Position numbers and translations under genes: made by a program. Of a DNA stretch of 64,000 nucleotides, positions 49,645 to 64,000 are shown one piece after another. The notes under the pieces were generated by a model. That model did no database searches. It saw only the letters and a list, made by a program, of their open reading frames with translations, and was not told the DNA's origin. Position 1 is the stretch's first letter. Each line of letters opens with the position of its first letter. The DNA lies in NCBI RefSeq assembly GCF_022045235.1, contig NW_027266266.1, forward strand, positions 4,340,001 to 4,404,000, in the 5' to 3' direction. This stretch comes from Haliotis cracherodii (taxonomy: Eukaryota).

Positions 49645-52600
49645 CTGTCGAAATAATCGAGGCATTAAAATTCAGATGAGATGTGAATTCGGTTTACGGA
49701 TAGTTTGAAGAGTATTTCAGTTACATCACCACACGTCAGCTTGATGTGGGAGGAAAGTGATGATTATCACTCCTAGTATGGTGCGGACAAACCTACAAAA
49801 ATATTCAGGGCGAACTTGGATTCGAACCCACGGTCATAGGTTTCTTGCACGCCTATTGGGTGCAACCCTGTATGCCAAACTGCGACGCCTCCGTACAGGA
49901 CTATCCGTACTATGTTAATTTCCCCCTTCTGTATGTATATATAGTTCAGGTAGAAAACTCGACTGTTTCCGAAAAAAAGTGACATTAACATTCACACTTA
50001 CAGACCAAAAGCCTTACTTAATGGCGGCCATATTGGTCGAAGTGCTAAGATCAGGTCAAAGTAAAAATATACACAAACACAATATATAATATAATTATAT
50101 AATATCACAAAGAAAATGGCACTGACACCTAATTTCATTACATTTTGAACAATAACGACTCTGTAACGGCCATAAATAGCTTTAAAATCATTAAGATAAA
50201 CAATTTTGGCATGCTGTCGTTGCAAATAGTTGACAAATGTATATGAAAATTTTACATTTTAGAAATAAAGATTTAAAAAGATTTACGGATAAAATTGAAT
50301 AGTTGTTTATAAACTACATAATAAATTACATTGGTAGATAGTTCCTTAGATTTAACCGCATATTCATAAGAATCAGAGCACAATGGTACAATATCATGTG
50401 AAGAATTGGTGTCAGTTAACAACTTGAGATAAGATGAATCATTTCTGTGTATATTCTAACACCATCGTCATGCAGGTACTGTCATCAGAAATATTATCTT
50501 AACCATCAACCCAGATATCTTTCGTGTACATAAGTCTCTTGTGTTCTGGTTGACTAATTCTCTTCAAGAACCAGCACACCATTTGCTAGATCAGAACCAC
50601 AGTACCATAATAGGTCTCTGGGGAGACAACATCAGGCAAGCAAGCAATGACATAACCTCGAAAACTTTAATTTTAAATAGTGTTAGCTGTTACGATGTAA
50701 AAAAGATAGATTGAATCTTACCAACTAAAATAATGCCTGAAAAGCAAAAAGAAAAGACACAACAGGTTGGTATGATCAAAAACGTGTATTCAAATTAACA
50801 ATCAATATCAATGACAGTGTCACTATAGCTGATAGAACAGACAAATAGCTGGTGCACAAGGTCACATGACATGATACAGAAGGTACAATGACAATACAAT
50901 GATCCGATAACAACCTCACAATGTTGACAAAGTATATTGCACGTAAAACCCACAATCAGAATTCCCTGATTTTCTGTATCATGAAGTAATCAGGAACAAA
51001 TTGGACAAATATGAATTTTAAGATCTAAAATCAACATCATGATAATACCTTCAACACAAACAGAAATGGCAATAATTTCAGTGTCCAGTATTCCCAAGGA
51101 AACCATGAGTCAGAAACCAGAGTCCAGTAAACAAGTTCAGCTAATGAGTAAGTGAGTATGTCTTTACTCATCTTCACGAGGCATGGGAGTTAACTGACTA
51201 TAAGAGTCCAGTTTCCACCCTTGCCGAACTAGGCTGGTATTATGGAGTTACATTTTGGCTGGACTAACGAGTCTATGCATAGTCCAATCAAAATAGCGCT
51301 CAGAAATCGAAATCCGGTTCGCAAACTGTCATGTAGATTTCGGTCGATTGGAGGATTTGCAAAGCATGTGCACCGCTAACTCAACAGATATCTTCTAAAT
51401 ATTTCAATGTTTTTAATCAAGGTGCTCACGTGATTTCATGCACTTCGCGATGTAAGAATCGTTTTATCACATTATATAGATCTTGATTATCGATATTACG
51501 CTACAAATCTAAACTGCCAATATCAGAAGCAAAGAATAAAGATCTTAGATTCCTTGAAAAAGGAAAATTATCCCTGATGATTTCCAAGTATATTATGCTG
51601 CACTGCCATGTTCAAATGCAGAAAAAGACAAACTCTGGCTTCCAGATCATGATCATGATCAGCGATTCAGAATTGTGATAATTTGTCCTGTCACCCTTAC
51701 TTATTGTTGTCAAGCAATGCACATTCATTACAAGCTGAATGCAGTCAGTTTTGAATGGACTTGGTGACTTTCAATGAAACAAGGTGCCATGTGTCAGTTC
51801 ACACTTTGTTGACTACCTTCACCTTGCTGCGTTAACCCATCGATATGTCCAGTTTGTCTAACAACGTACACTTTTAAGCATGTTAAGTCCCTTCAAGGCT
51901 CCAGCTTCTTTTAAAAGGATGACCTTGACCCTCAATCTCAGTCCATCAATGGCTTGATTACTTCTAGTTGACACAGAACCCAAGATAACCTGTGCATGTA
52001 TGTAAAATAAGCAAAACAATTAACCAGTGAACAATTAAATTTTTTTTTGCAAAAAATATGCATGATTTTTTTTTTTAAACCCAATTATATAACCATGTGA
52101 TAACACTTTGCACTTTAACCTAATGTATCCTTTTCAACCCCTGTTCCTGTATTTCATCACAGATTGTTAGTTCACTGATTGAAAGCACAGATACATTAAA
52201 TTCTACTGCTGTGAATAATGCATCGACATTATAAAAGGGTACTTCATGCATATCATTGTCATGGCTGTTGTGGGTTGTAGAGGTGTTGCACATGATGCAA
52301 ATTAGAAGTCACCTGAAACATTTTAATCAATATTGTATGAAAAAATGTCTACAGTACTCATTGGTGTAAAAATACCCAACTGACTGGAATCAAAGGACTA
52401 CAGATATCCTGGGTTACCAAAGAAAACTATCAAATATGTGAATAATAGCTTGTTGGTAAACGGGGGCATAGGTGGCCCAGTTGTCTATGGCACTGTGATT
52501 CGCTGTGCAGAGTTGCATCCCTTGGGCACACCAGAAACCTATGATTGTGGGTTCGAATCCCGGTTCTCCCCGATGATGTTTCTAGGTTTGTCAGCACCAT

Positions 52601-53866
52601 ATCCGTGCCCATGGGTTTCACCAAAGTGGTAAACGTCAGAGACCTGCATCACTTCGGGCTTTCCTCCCACATTAAGCTGACAAGTCGTGATATAACTGGA
52701 ATACTGTTAAAAGCGACATTAACACTCAATGGCCCAAACTATTACCTGGAACCCTGTAAAACTATGGTGCTAGTTTGTACAGACATCAACACAGGGGCTG
52801 AGTTAAGTATATGAAGAATCTGAAAAAACCAATGAATGACCATTTAAGTGACCTTGACCCTCAATGACCACCAGAAGTATATGGACCAAATTTCATCCAA
52901 ATGCAGTAAAGAATTCTTGTGTGTTGAACCATGTGCTTGTGGAGATAGGGGTTGACCTTCAATATCAGCTACATTTATTTTAAGAACAAGGCCAAGGATA
53001 CCAACACATCAGCCAAATATGATGTCCCCAGGAGGAATTCATTGCAGCAATGCAATGTTGCATACAATAATAGTACAGTGATCCCTCGCTACAACGCCAT
53101 CTTTGGGGTCCAAATTATCGATCAACGTTATGGACGTTACGTAGTAGAATGTAGATCCCCATGATTAACAACTGATATTCATGACAGAAGAATCACTTGT
53201 CATACATGACTTTGATAAGTATTAAAATAATACAAACACTACATGATAAGTTTTAGAAATATCAGGTGTTTTAGAGAAATGGCAAAAGCTCTTTATGAAT
53301 GACCTTACACATTTTACATGTAGGCATGAAATGTATATGTCCTTGACCAACAGTAAGTCCACTTCTAGTTTGGCAGTACACAATTACTACATATCCAATG
53401 AGCACCTCAGCTTTCTTGGTCATGCTTGGTGTTTAATAACGTTTTTAATCCATGACCTTGAGGATGAAATTGACCATTGACACGACAGACAAAGTGTCAA
53501 AAATATTTCTAAAGGCAATGAAGGAGATACACATGATATGATATCCCTTAGATAACCAAGGTGTGTTGGGATTTTTCTTTAAACAATAATAATTTGATTC
53601 AGAAAATACTGGAATTTGTGTTTTTTACCTTAGTTTATACAAACAAAAACATTTAACTAGCCATACAGGATGTGGTTAATATGTTTATAATTTGAATGAA
53701 ATGTGGGTCTTGATAAAGTGTGCTAAAATTTATTTGGTCTCAAACAAAAAATCAAGACCAGATACCAATTATCAAATGGCCGGTCCCTCAGTAAGAACAA
53801 AATGTTGAGATGGTAATGCAGGGCGTCCAAGCCTCACACCACATTTATATCCTTCTATGGACCATG

Positions 53867-55792
53867 TCAACTGTGTTTGTGTCTTTTGTGTCTCTCCAGG
53901 AATCCTGATTTCTTAAATACTTTCCCACACACATCGCACTCAAATGACTTAACTCCGCTGTGATGCCGCCTTTTGTGTGTCTGAAGATTACTTGATCCTG
54001 TAAATGTCTTGTCACATTCATCACACTTGTAAGGTTTGACTCCACTGTGGCTCCTCATGTGCATCTGCAGCTGCCCGGATGTTGTGAACGCTTTCCTACA
54101 CTCACAACACTGAAAAGGTTTCACGCCACTGTGGCGCTTCATGTGTACATTCAGGCTGCTCTTTTCCGTAAACCCTTTCCCACACACACTGCACTTACAA
54201 GGCTTTTCACCAGTGTGGCTCCTCATGTGTATTTGCAGCTTAATTGAACGTGCAAAGGCTTTCCCACAAACCCCACACTCAAATGGCCTGACTCCGCTGT
54301 GACCCTTCATGTGTTCCTGCAGGTTACCTGATCTTGCAAATGCTTTCCCACACTCACCACACACAAACGACCTGACACCACTGTGACACTTTGAATGTTT
54401 CTGTAGGTTACCTCTTTGTCTAAACCTTTTCCCGCACTCTTTACACTCAAAAGGCTCATCTGTCCTGTGACACATCATGTGTCTCTGCAGGTCACCCGAT
54501 TCTGTAAAAGTCTTTCCACACTCACTACACCCAAAAGGCCTAATAGTACTGTGACTCCTCATGTGTTTCTTAAGATTATGCGGAAGTCCAAATGTTTTCC
54601 CACATTCCATACACACCAAGTTAGATTTGACCGCACTGTGAACAATCATGTGTCGAAGTAAATGGGCCGATTGTATGAACTTTTTCCCACAGTCTGTACA
54701 CTCAAAGGGCTTGACTCCGCCATGACTGACCATGTGAGTATTCAAGTTGCTTGATTGTGTATATTTCTTCCCACACACTTTACACGCGTACGGCTTCACT
54801 CCGCTATGATACAGCATGTGATTCTGTAAGTTACTTGTCTGTTTAAATTTTTTCCCACACACTGTACATTCATAAGGCTTGAGTCCACTGTGATTGAGCA
54901 TGTGTATCTGTAAGTTACTGGTTTGTGAGAATGTTTTCCCACACTCAATACATTCATGAGGCTTGATTCCGCTGTGACACAACATGTGTGTCTTTAGGTG
55001 TCCTGATCTTTTAAATCTTTTCCCACACTCCGTACACTCATGCCGCCTTGCTTCATGTTCCCTAGGATGGCTCCTTTCTGGCAGTTCTCCCACACATCCA
55101 GTGTCCTGGTCACTGATAGAGTTGTTGATCTGTACTGGACTTGTTTCTGGCAGTTCTCCCACACATCCAGTGTCCTGGTCACTGATAGAGTTGTTGATCT
55201 GTACTGGACTTGTTTCTAGGAGTTCTCCCACACATCCAGTGTCCTGGTCACTGATAGAGTTGTTGATCTGTACTGGACTTGTTTCTGGCAGTTCTCCCAC
55301 ACATCCAGTGTCCTGGTCACTGATAGAGTTGTTGATCTGTACTGGACTTGTTTCTGGCAGTTCTCCCACACATCCAGTGTCCTGGTCACTGATAGAGTTG
55401 TTGATCTGTACTGGACTTGTTTCTGGCAGTTCTCCCACACATCCAGAATGTCCAGTGTTCAGGTCACTGATAGAGTTGTTGATCTGTACTGGACTTGTTT
55501 CTAGGAGTTCTCCCACACATCCAGTGTTCTGGTCAGCGATAGAGTTGTTGATCTGTACTGGACTTGATTCTAGAAGTTCTCCCTCACATCCAGTGTTCTG
55601 GTCACTGATAGAGTTGTTGATCTGTACTGGACTTGATTCTAGAAGTTCTCCCTCACATCCAGTGTTCTGGTCACTGATAGAGTTGTTGATCTGTACTGGA
55701 CTTGTTTCTAGAAGTTCTCCCACACATCCAGAATGTCCAGTTTTCTGGTCACTAATAGTGTCACGGATGTGTACTGGACCTTGTTTTTCCAT
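53867..55792 (-). CDS. C2H2 zinc-finger protein, 14 tandem fingers, N-terminal 23-aa repeat region
   Basis: 641-aa ORF with 14 CxxC-x12-Hxxx(x)H units, mostly SGVKP linkers; acceptor ttttcag at about 55900 upstream of the ATG. Confidence 0.95.
   Translation of the reverse strand: MEKQGPVHIRDTISDQKTGHSGCVGELLETSPVQINNSISDQNTGCEGELLESSPVQINNSISDQNTGCEGELLESSPVQINNSIADQNTGCVGELLETSPVQINNSISDLNTGHSGCVGELPETSPVQINNSISDQDTGCVGELPETSPVQINNSISDQDTGCVGELPETSPVQINNSISDQDTGCVGELLETSPVQINNSISDQDTGCVGELPETSPVQINNSISDQDTGCVGELPERSHPREHEARRHECTECGKRFKRSGHLKTHMLCHSGIKPHECIECGKTFSQTSNLQIHMLNHSGLKPYECTVCGKKFKQTSNLQNHMLYHSGVKPYACKVCGKKYTQSSNLNTHMVSHGGVKPFECTDCGKKFIQSAHLLRHMIVHSAVKSNLVCMECGKTFGLPHNLKKHMRSHSTIRPFGCSECGKTFTESGDLQRHMMCHRTDEPFECKECGKRFRQRGNLQKHSKCHSGVRSFVCGECGKAFARSGNLQEHMKGHSGVRPFECGVCGKAFARSIKLQIHMRSHTGEKPCKCSVCGKGFTEKSSLNVHMKRHSGVKPFQCCECRKAFTTSGQLQMHMRSHSGVKPYKCDECDKTFTGSSNLQTHKRRHHSGVKSFECDVCGKVFKKSGFLERHKRHKHS
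55075..55780 (-). repeat. 69-bp coding minisatellite (about 10 copies) in the ZNF gene
   Basis: [23 protein letters not shown] repeated; two units carry a GHS insertion. Confidence 0.95.
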
Positions 55793-58343
55793 GTTTTGGA
55801 TATTACTGCCTTAAGTATCTAGCGTGAACTTCAAAGATGTGTTTTCCTTCACACATCTTCTTAAGTTGGTTCAGCTCCACTCATGAAACCAGCTTAAAAC
55901 TGAAAAGGAACCACAGAAGTATATTATTATGATATTGACATGATAACAAGTTGTAAGTTACATTGCAGAAATACCCCAGCTAGAGAGTGAGTAAGAGTGT
56001 GTGGTTTTATGACGCTTTTGACAATATTCCAGCAACGTTCTGGTGGGGGACACCAGAAATAGGCTTCACATACTGTACCCATGTGGAGAATTGAACCCGG
56101 GCCTGACAACGGACGCTTTAACCATGTTAACCACTAAGCTACCCCACCGCTCACCAGAGGAACAAATTAAATAATTGATTCTTGTCAGGAGTAACTAGTC
56201 ACTGATAGCATGAATAAAGACTGTAGGTACATGATAACACAAGATCACATGTTTAATCATGTTTAATTACCCCAAGTAATGTTTTTGGTTTATGTAGCAG
56301 TAACCGAGAAAATTCTATTGAAAACATTTCTAGGTAATATAGGGTGCGATTTGCAGTTAAATTAATGAAAAATATATCATATATCACTGATTTTTCTTAC
56401 CTACAACATTATTGCTATTTTTTTTAATGTTTAACCTCATACCAGGTACTAATTGTATTTGCACAAATGGAACAGACACTGCGAAGACCATCTATAAAGA
56501 ATCTACCCTTGGAGATCAAGGTTAGAATAGATCTTCAGCTACCCATGCTTGTTGTAAGAGGTTACAAACGAGATTGGGTGGTCAGGCTTGCTGACATGAT
56601 GATGCTTGTCATCGTATCTCTATTACATGAATCGATGCTCATGATATATATCACTGGACTGTCTTGTCTCAGACTCGATTATTTACAAACCGCCGTCATA
56701 TAGCTGGGGTGTGCAGTGTTAAAGAACAAACAAACAAACTATATAGACCCCTGAATCCCACGTACAAAAAGAATCAAGTGCATTGTTGATTCCTGCCTCA
56801 CTCCCTATAAGGGTACAATGTAACACAATCAATCAAGTGACCAAGCTGGGCTACAAGACTGCCAATTATATGGGTTGCCTTGATGTTATCTTAATCCTGG
56901 TCCCCACAATGTCCTCAGTGTCTGGTTGTTTTGTTTGTTTGTTTGTTGTTTAACGCCGCACTCAGCAATATTCCAGCTATATGACAGTGGTCTGTAAATA
57001 ATCAAGTCTGGACCACAAAATACAGTGATTGACATCATGAGCATCGATCCACGCAATTGAGTTACAATGACATGCATCAACCAAGTCAGCCTGACCACCC
57101 AATCCTGTTAGTTGCCTCCTACGACAAGCACAGTCGCCTTTTACGGCAAGTATGGGCTGTTGAAGACGTATTCTACCCCAGATCTTCATGGGTCGCTAGG
57201 AGAAGTGAATTGAGTGAGAACAATTAACTGTGATAACAAATGCTTCCAACTGAGTGTACCACCTGTCCCAAAACAGAATAATTTCAAATCAGTGAGAGTA
57301 ACATAGTGAGTTCTCAGGGACAAATATAGGTATGTCTTTTGGAATGTTGCCATTTCACATTTTTTCATCACCATTGTAAGCATGATACATATACATGGTA
57401 TAACTAACATATATATTCTGATAAGAAATACACTCAATGTTCAGCGTGTTTGTGGTTGATTTTATTCCAATTAACATTGAAACCTCAAAGATACACATGA
57501 TACAGGTTGAAGGGTTCTCAGCATGTGCATGACTGCCTTGGACCCCTCAAAATTTTCACTGAGTGTCCCTTGACTCAAAAATAGTTAGACCTAGGTAAAT
57601 TGACAGTTTCACTTCAGAGTTTGTCATGACATTTCAACTGAACAATCCTTCCCTACCCTTTCTGTACTGCTGCCCTTGAAGATTTGGGTTAGAATATGTC
57701 TTCAGCAACCCATGCCTGGTTGGGATCTGGTGGTCAGACTCGGTGACTTGTTTGATTGTTTCATATCCCAATTGTGTGTATCAACGCTAATGATATCACT
57801 CTCTGGATTGTCTGATCCAGACTTGATTAATCGAAGGTAGCTTGAATATTGCTGAGTGTGTCACTGAGACAGTGTCATTAAACAACAAACAAAACATTGT
57901 TCTGCCATGTATGTGTTACCTGACAAGATATACATTTACAGGGTCAAACCTGGATTACAGCCTTACCAAGATTTGAGCCAAGGCAGGAGAAATTGTCAAA
58001 TGGGAACCACTGATTGCTCGATACAGATCCAAGACATCCTCATGCAAATTCCGACACATCATAGGTGGGATCTTAAGGTTGGTCATGACAGCTATCATTG
58101 TATATTTAGCATAGTTATTGTCAAGTCATACCTCCAACTATGCCTGTACTAAAGTAATAGGCTGAGTATCAGGTAAATGATGGCCTCTGGCCTCCAGGCA
58201 ATAATTGTTCAGTTACTTCTTGAATATTTAGTCTGAGGTACTACTAACTTTGGCTGTTGGCCTTGTTGTGGGCACGGGTACTACCAGATATCTTTTTGTA
58301 TACACAAATGTACCCTAGCTTGGCAATATATTTACAGTACCAT

Positions 58344-58586
58344 TTTCACAATGCATGAACCCGGTCTCAGTTCTGTGTGCAATATGCTGCAAATGTGCTG
58401 TATTCTTAATACCATACAATTCCTACAGAAAGTTACGTGGGGTATATTTGTGTATACAGAACACAAATTTCACAATGCATGAACCCGGTCTCAGTCCTGT
58501 GTGCAATATGCTGCAAGCGTGCAGTATTCTTAATACCATACAATTCCTACAGAAAGTTACGTGGGGTATATTTGTGTATACAGAAC
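58344..58586. repeat. 124-bp direct duplication
   Basis: TTTCACAATGCATGAACCCGGTCTCAG... occurs at 58344 and 58468. Confidence 0.9.
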
Positions 58587-60685
58587 GCTACCTGGGGTAC
58601 AATTCTGAAGTACCTGTGTTGACAATGAACTTTTGATATTGGTGCTCATTTTGGTGCCTGAATATGGTCTTCAGTTGATTTCAGATATAAAAGTTACCCA
58701 GTTAGTGCCCAAACATTTACCTGCTAGAACTTGTGACAGGGTTATTTGTGCATTATCTCTATTACTCTTATGTATATGTGAGTCTCTAAATGACCAGGTA
58801 CACAAGGATCTTACCTCCTGAGACAAGAATAAACTTTACTAGATTCAGCTGTATTTCCATGATTACATTAATCACAAACCAATAAGACGTGATAGGTACA
58901 GTACATATGTAGAGTAGGTGAACACTCCCAATGATTCTTAGCCGAGAGCCACAATGGGATCTGACAGTCAAGCCATGACCCTACAGTATGACCCTCTCGG
59001 ATAGCTGGTTCTATATAGAGTGGGGAGTTGGATGGTTAACATGAAATCATTCAATTTCATTATTTTAATTCGAACTTTATCCTGGGTATCAACTAGTGGT
59101 GGGATGATACACTGATGCATCGGTGCATCGTGATTTTTTACTTCTCGATACAAGTATCGATCACAGTCGCACACGAAGTAAAAAATATCGATTCTGACCT
59201 TAAATGTTTGCTTTAATAGCTGTTCCACTAATCAGTAGCGCAAATTAATAGTAAAAATATAAATATTTTCATCCATTGCGCCATACTTCACACTGCCAAC
59301 TGTCAATCATCAGTGTGCCAGGTATATTTGGCCATCTTTGAAAAAGAAGGCTTACGCACCACAGATCATGAGCCATCGTGAGTAAGGTATCTTGATACGT
59401 ATCGGATCTCACAGTGGGTGTATCGCCTTAGTATCAACAGGATACTGATAAATAAAAACATGCGGTACACAATCAACATTCAAAATAGGTATTCATTTAA
59501 AAATATTCCAGAATGTTGACAAACACGTTTCGTTCGCCACTGCGGAATTTCTCCCTATCTTCGGGTGTGTGTAGAACAGAACCCAACAGTGAACACACAA
59601 TGCAATTTAGAAAGTGGTTAAATCAGAGACCATATACCGATATATGGTCTCTGGTTAAATGTAACAAATGTTTTATTTGGCATAACACTTTCTTAGTAAA
59701 GCAAAGATTCTCCGGGATTCCAACCCACACTGCCAGAGTGAGGCACCTAATCTTTACTAAGAAAGTGTTAGGCTATCCCAAATATAACATTTGTTACATG
59801 AACCCAATAGGTTCTCACGGGGCACACAGATGGGGTAAAAGACGATTTTAAAAGTAACAACCTACTGCACTTTCAAAAAGTAACCTCGGTCCGCAAATAA
59901 TCCGTATCGAGTTAGAAACATACCCGGAGGTGTCATGAATATGACCATGAAACTAATAACAAACAAACTCGGGCCAAACGAGACCTCTCTGACTAATCAT
60001 GCTGATTGCAATCTTAAAAAAGGCTTCACTCTTTGTAAACGCTTGGGGAAAGTCAGGTAACTTATCGGGTCGAGCGGTAGGGTATATCTATATCATTTCC
60101 ATTCATCTTTCTAAACATGTATACCTACCATGTTACTGCGTCAGGAGATAAATGATTCCAATGAACACATCGTGTGAAAGAGTCAAGCTTCGAGCTTTGT
60201 TTTTTCTCAAAGCTCCTCACAGCGATCACCCGTGCGACAATAGGAGGCAAAAGACAGTGTTACGCGCTGAGATAGAGTTGGGGTCAAAGGGAAGTAACTC
60301 TAAATATCCCACCAGTCATTTGTTGCTAAGAGTTTTCAAGTTCGATTCCAACTTGACCAATCTTTTCAAAATGTTTTTCATAATTTTTTCAAGTGTCAAC
60401 AGGAATTTTGATCAATATGTGATGCTATTTAGATAAATCACGGACATATTTTTTTTGATGAGCTCTTGTTTACATATATCCGTGACTAAATAAATGACTA
60501 AATACATTAAAATATATTTACAAAGACGCCTGCTCACGTATATTTGCCAAGCATTTCATAACACCGAGTCGCCAAAGAGCGAAGTGTACGTGCGAAAAGT
60601 TCTGGTTGCACATTTTAGTTCACATTCATGAGGCTGCCAACCTTTGTGTACGCGGGATTCGGGAAGCTATTTCAATAGAAATGAG

Positions 60686-60844
60686 AGGGGCGGTCGGGTA
60701 GCCTAGTGGTTAGAGCGTTCGCTCGTCACGCCAAAGACCCGGGTTCGATTCCCGACATTGTGTGAAGTCCATTTCTGGTGTCCCCCGCCGTGATATTGCT
60801 GTAATATTGCTAAAAGCGGCGTAAAACAATACTCACTCACTCAC
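60686..60844 (+). mobile_element. SINE family A copy with TSD
   Basis: 14-bp TSD TCAATAGAAATGAG on both sides. Confidence 0.88.
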
Positions 60845-62039
60845 TCAATAGAAATGAGTCGCAAATATCCGTGTTTCAGAACAAAGATAAAACTGTACAG
60901 ATGGATCACATAAAACAGATTTGATACCCCAAATCCCACAATCTCTGCTCGGGAGTACACTTGAAATGTAGCATTGATTCAATAAAATGTAGAATGTATT
61001 TTGATATTTGAAAAAAAAAAACACAAACAAAAATCACAGGCAATTCCGCAATTCCAACAGGTAATAGGTAATACAAATATTCAGCTGTTATTGGAAATGC
61101 TCCTGTGGATAGACCGCATTTCCTTTCATGAGCTCAACTGATTGTTTGAAGCAACCACTACAATGAAGCCAGATAACATGATAGAGCTATAACGAACCAG
61201 CAAGCTTGGTATGTTAGCAATCCTTTTAGTTTCAGACTTGACTACCCTTGGCTCTCTTATTAAGCATCCCCATGAACAGTGGCCACCGTTGCACTTTGTT
61301 GTTGAAACACGTGGTGCTCATAGACGCCAGTCAGGTATCGTATCCCAAATATCTCTTTGAAAACTCTCAGAACTGCTTTGAAGACACGGGTCATTTATAT
61401 CAAAGTTCAAGGGTTATCCTAAAGGTCATGCCTTAAAAAGCGACTAACTAGATACTCATTTACTGAAGATCAATGAAACTTCGTTGAAACTAGAAAGGCT
61501 CACGAGTGACCAACGTTTGAGGTCAAGGACACATTGAAGGTCATTCGTAAAGAAGGTTTGCCAAGGCTCTTTTCTTCAGACATGACAATTCCCGTGCATG
61601 TAGTCGGACGCGCTGAGGATGGGTGTACTAGAAGCGTAACCGCTTGTAGATTTATATATCTGACGTCGTGTGTATGACTATTTTACAACATTCAAGACCT
61701 ACAGAGTTCAGATGATCCAGAAAGGAGAGATAGAGAGAAAGAAATTCTCACTTACCTTGTGACCTGGTGATGTTATTGCCATGTCCTGACTCCGGGACGG
61801 CCCCTGTGGTCTAGCGGATACATCGTATGCCCGGGCAGCGGCAGGTCGGTGGTTTGATCCCGCGCGTCATACCAAAAGACGTTAAAAGATGGTACTTGAC
61901 GTTCGGCATTAACGGCCTAAAACAATGACTGGTCGGCTCGGAGTCAGTATACTATGTCCGAGTTGGGTATCAATGTTAAACAGCGGCATGGTATCTCAGT
62001 AGGTTAGGACTATAGAACCGCCTTTAGTTCGGACGAACG

Positions 62040-62070
<31 letters not shown>

Positions 62071-64000
62071 AGGCACGCACGCACACACATATACGTGCAT
62101 GCAAGTATTTTTTAAAGTGGAATAATCTTGATCACCATTACAGCTCAACTGACTCGATAAATAATGGGTTTTTTCTTCTGGTTGCAGGGTTCATATTCAC
62201 GAAGAACACGTGAAACTCAGGACCTTCAGGTAACCTCTACTGCTGACATAGCTTTCTAGGCCGGTAACCACTGCCTGCTGTAGTTGCGTCCTCGGGTTCT
62301 AGAAACCTATGACTTCGTGTTCGAACCCCAATTCGCCCTGATTATGTCCCTAGGTTTGGCAGCACCATACGAGTGACTCACTCACTCAGTCTACCTGCTT
62401 GATTAAAAAACAAAGTAATTCCCCTGAATTCCCACCCTAGCAGCCTGGCCATGGTAGTCTGATTCTCGCTGTCCATGAGTATATCAGCCTGCATTGTCAC
62501 ATGTCATCTTTGATAGTGGACATAATCTCCCACATAAATAACGAATGACTTAACACGACCACAAAGCAGTCATGGTAAATTACGAACCGGAACACGCCAA
62601 AGAGTTTTTGTCTGTCGGTGGATTTAAAATTGTGGCCGAAGCAGTGACATATTCGGAAGCCTTTTAGGGCCATTTTGTCTTACATAACAGGGATAATGCG
62701 ACTGTTTTGTGTCTTCTCGTCACGCCAGGTCTGTGTTGAGTTGGCCAAAGTGCCAGGGAACATTCTTTGCAGACAAGTGATATTAACGGCATGTACAGAA
62801 AGAAGGGAAAATAATACTAACATACCATTAGATAGTTTGTCAGAGCCCGAGAACTGCTTGGGTCACTAGTTCAAGATATGACAATTTTTCTCATAGGGAG
62901 GCCGTACATTCTTTTATTTGTTACATAACATATTTTTCCAGGGCATACAACACATCCAGGGAACAACTCGCGAACATTCCCAGATATCAATGAAAGTCAA
63001 CTCGTTTCATTAAAATGGCATCTGACGAGAAGTCTTGTTGTATTCTCGAGACATCTCAAAATAATTTTGCGGTTTTGTGGTAGACATGTCTCTGTCTTTC
63101 GAGTCTCGAGTCTCGACAATCCAGTGATTGACATCATGAGCATCGATCCACGCAATTGGGATCGATGACATGTATCAACCAAGTCAGCGAGCCTCACCAC
63201 CCGATCCCGTTAGTCGCCTTTTACGACAAGCATAGTCGCCTTTTCCGGCATGTATGGGTTGCTGAAGACCTATTCTACCCCGGAATCTTTACGGATCTCA
63301 TGATGTGGGGGGAAAGCCCGAAGTGATGCAGGTCTCGCACGTTTGCCTCTTCGGTTAAACCCACGAGCACGGGTATAGTGCTGACAAACCTAGAAACATA
63401 ATCGGGACGAACCGGGATTCGAACCCACAATCATAGGTTGCTGGCGTACCCAAGGGACGCAACTCTGCACAGCGAATCCCGACGCCTTAGACGACTGGGC
63501 CACCCGTGCCCCCTGTCATTCTTAACAACGTGTTAGATGCATAAATACTCTGCAGGACAAAGAAAGTATGGACCCATGTGTGATGGGGGCTAAAACTGAA
63601 ACTAACAAGAAATGGTTACTAGTATTCCATGGTGGTGTATTTGATACGAGTATCATGGTTGTGTTTTGGACCTAAGTGTGCAGTGTTTCGGTTACTGTAT
63701 TCAGACTAATGACGTTCTTGTTTCAATAAGATGCGTTTTTGGCCCGGCAGTTTACATTAATACACATTGGATCCTACCGCTTGGGTGTCTTCAAAACGGA
63801 GTGTGTGGACCAGGAGATCTCGATGCCCAGTAGAGTCCTGCTGATATTGCCTCACATGGTGGAACCACCCGTCATATCCAGCTGCAACGTCAAGAACTTT
63901 ATGAACACATCATGAACTTTAAGACAGGATTAATGAACAGGTAAATGACGAGCTGATTAAGAAATAAGACATATGAGATACAGTCGTACTGACTTACAGT

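Noticed and set aside
54984-55814. 276-aa plus-strand ORF
   Set aside because: Antisense of the ZNF 69-bp coding repeat.
62189-63940. Possible plus-strand exons (about 62189-62230 and 63834-63940)
   Set aside because: Splice-like boundaries exist, but there is no recognisable protein similarity and no consistent model can be built.

Overview
Eukaryotic, repeat-rich genomic DNA. The SINE and LINE content suggests a mollusc, probably a gastropod such as abalone; this is inference only. Genes reconstructed by hand from splice sites: (1) a minus-strand matrix metalloproteinase (M10A), with six coding exons from signal peptide to the end of the catalytic domain (8979 down to 598), continuing off the left edge; (2) a complete 5-exon plus-strand cytosolic sulfotransferase (19770-25944, 299 aa); (3) three tandem ABHD1/2/3/15-like alpha/beta-hydrolases with single-exon CDSs (370 aa each, minus strand) inside a segmental duplication; (4) the last two exons of a second, degenerate sulfotransferase (minus, 47622-49644); (5) a 14-finger C2H2 zinc-finger gene with a 23-aa coding minisatellite (53867-55792, minus), plus a relic of its N-terminus at about 42380-42590. 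Intergenic and intronic DNA holds four short retroposon families, Penelope-like and RTE-X-like LINE relics, a solo LTR, MITEs, minisatellites and two assembly gaps. Most striking: two MMP introns begin with tandem arrays that amplify the exon-end/5' splice-donor junction. One is an in-frame 39-bp array with mostly synonymous variation, which could give a variable-length linker after the catalytic domain. Also notable are a Pol III-less short retroposon with a fixed, pseudoknot-like 5' head and a degenerate minimal hammerhead ribozyme inside an inverted-repeat element.
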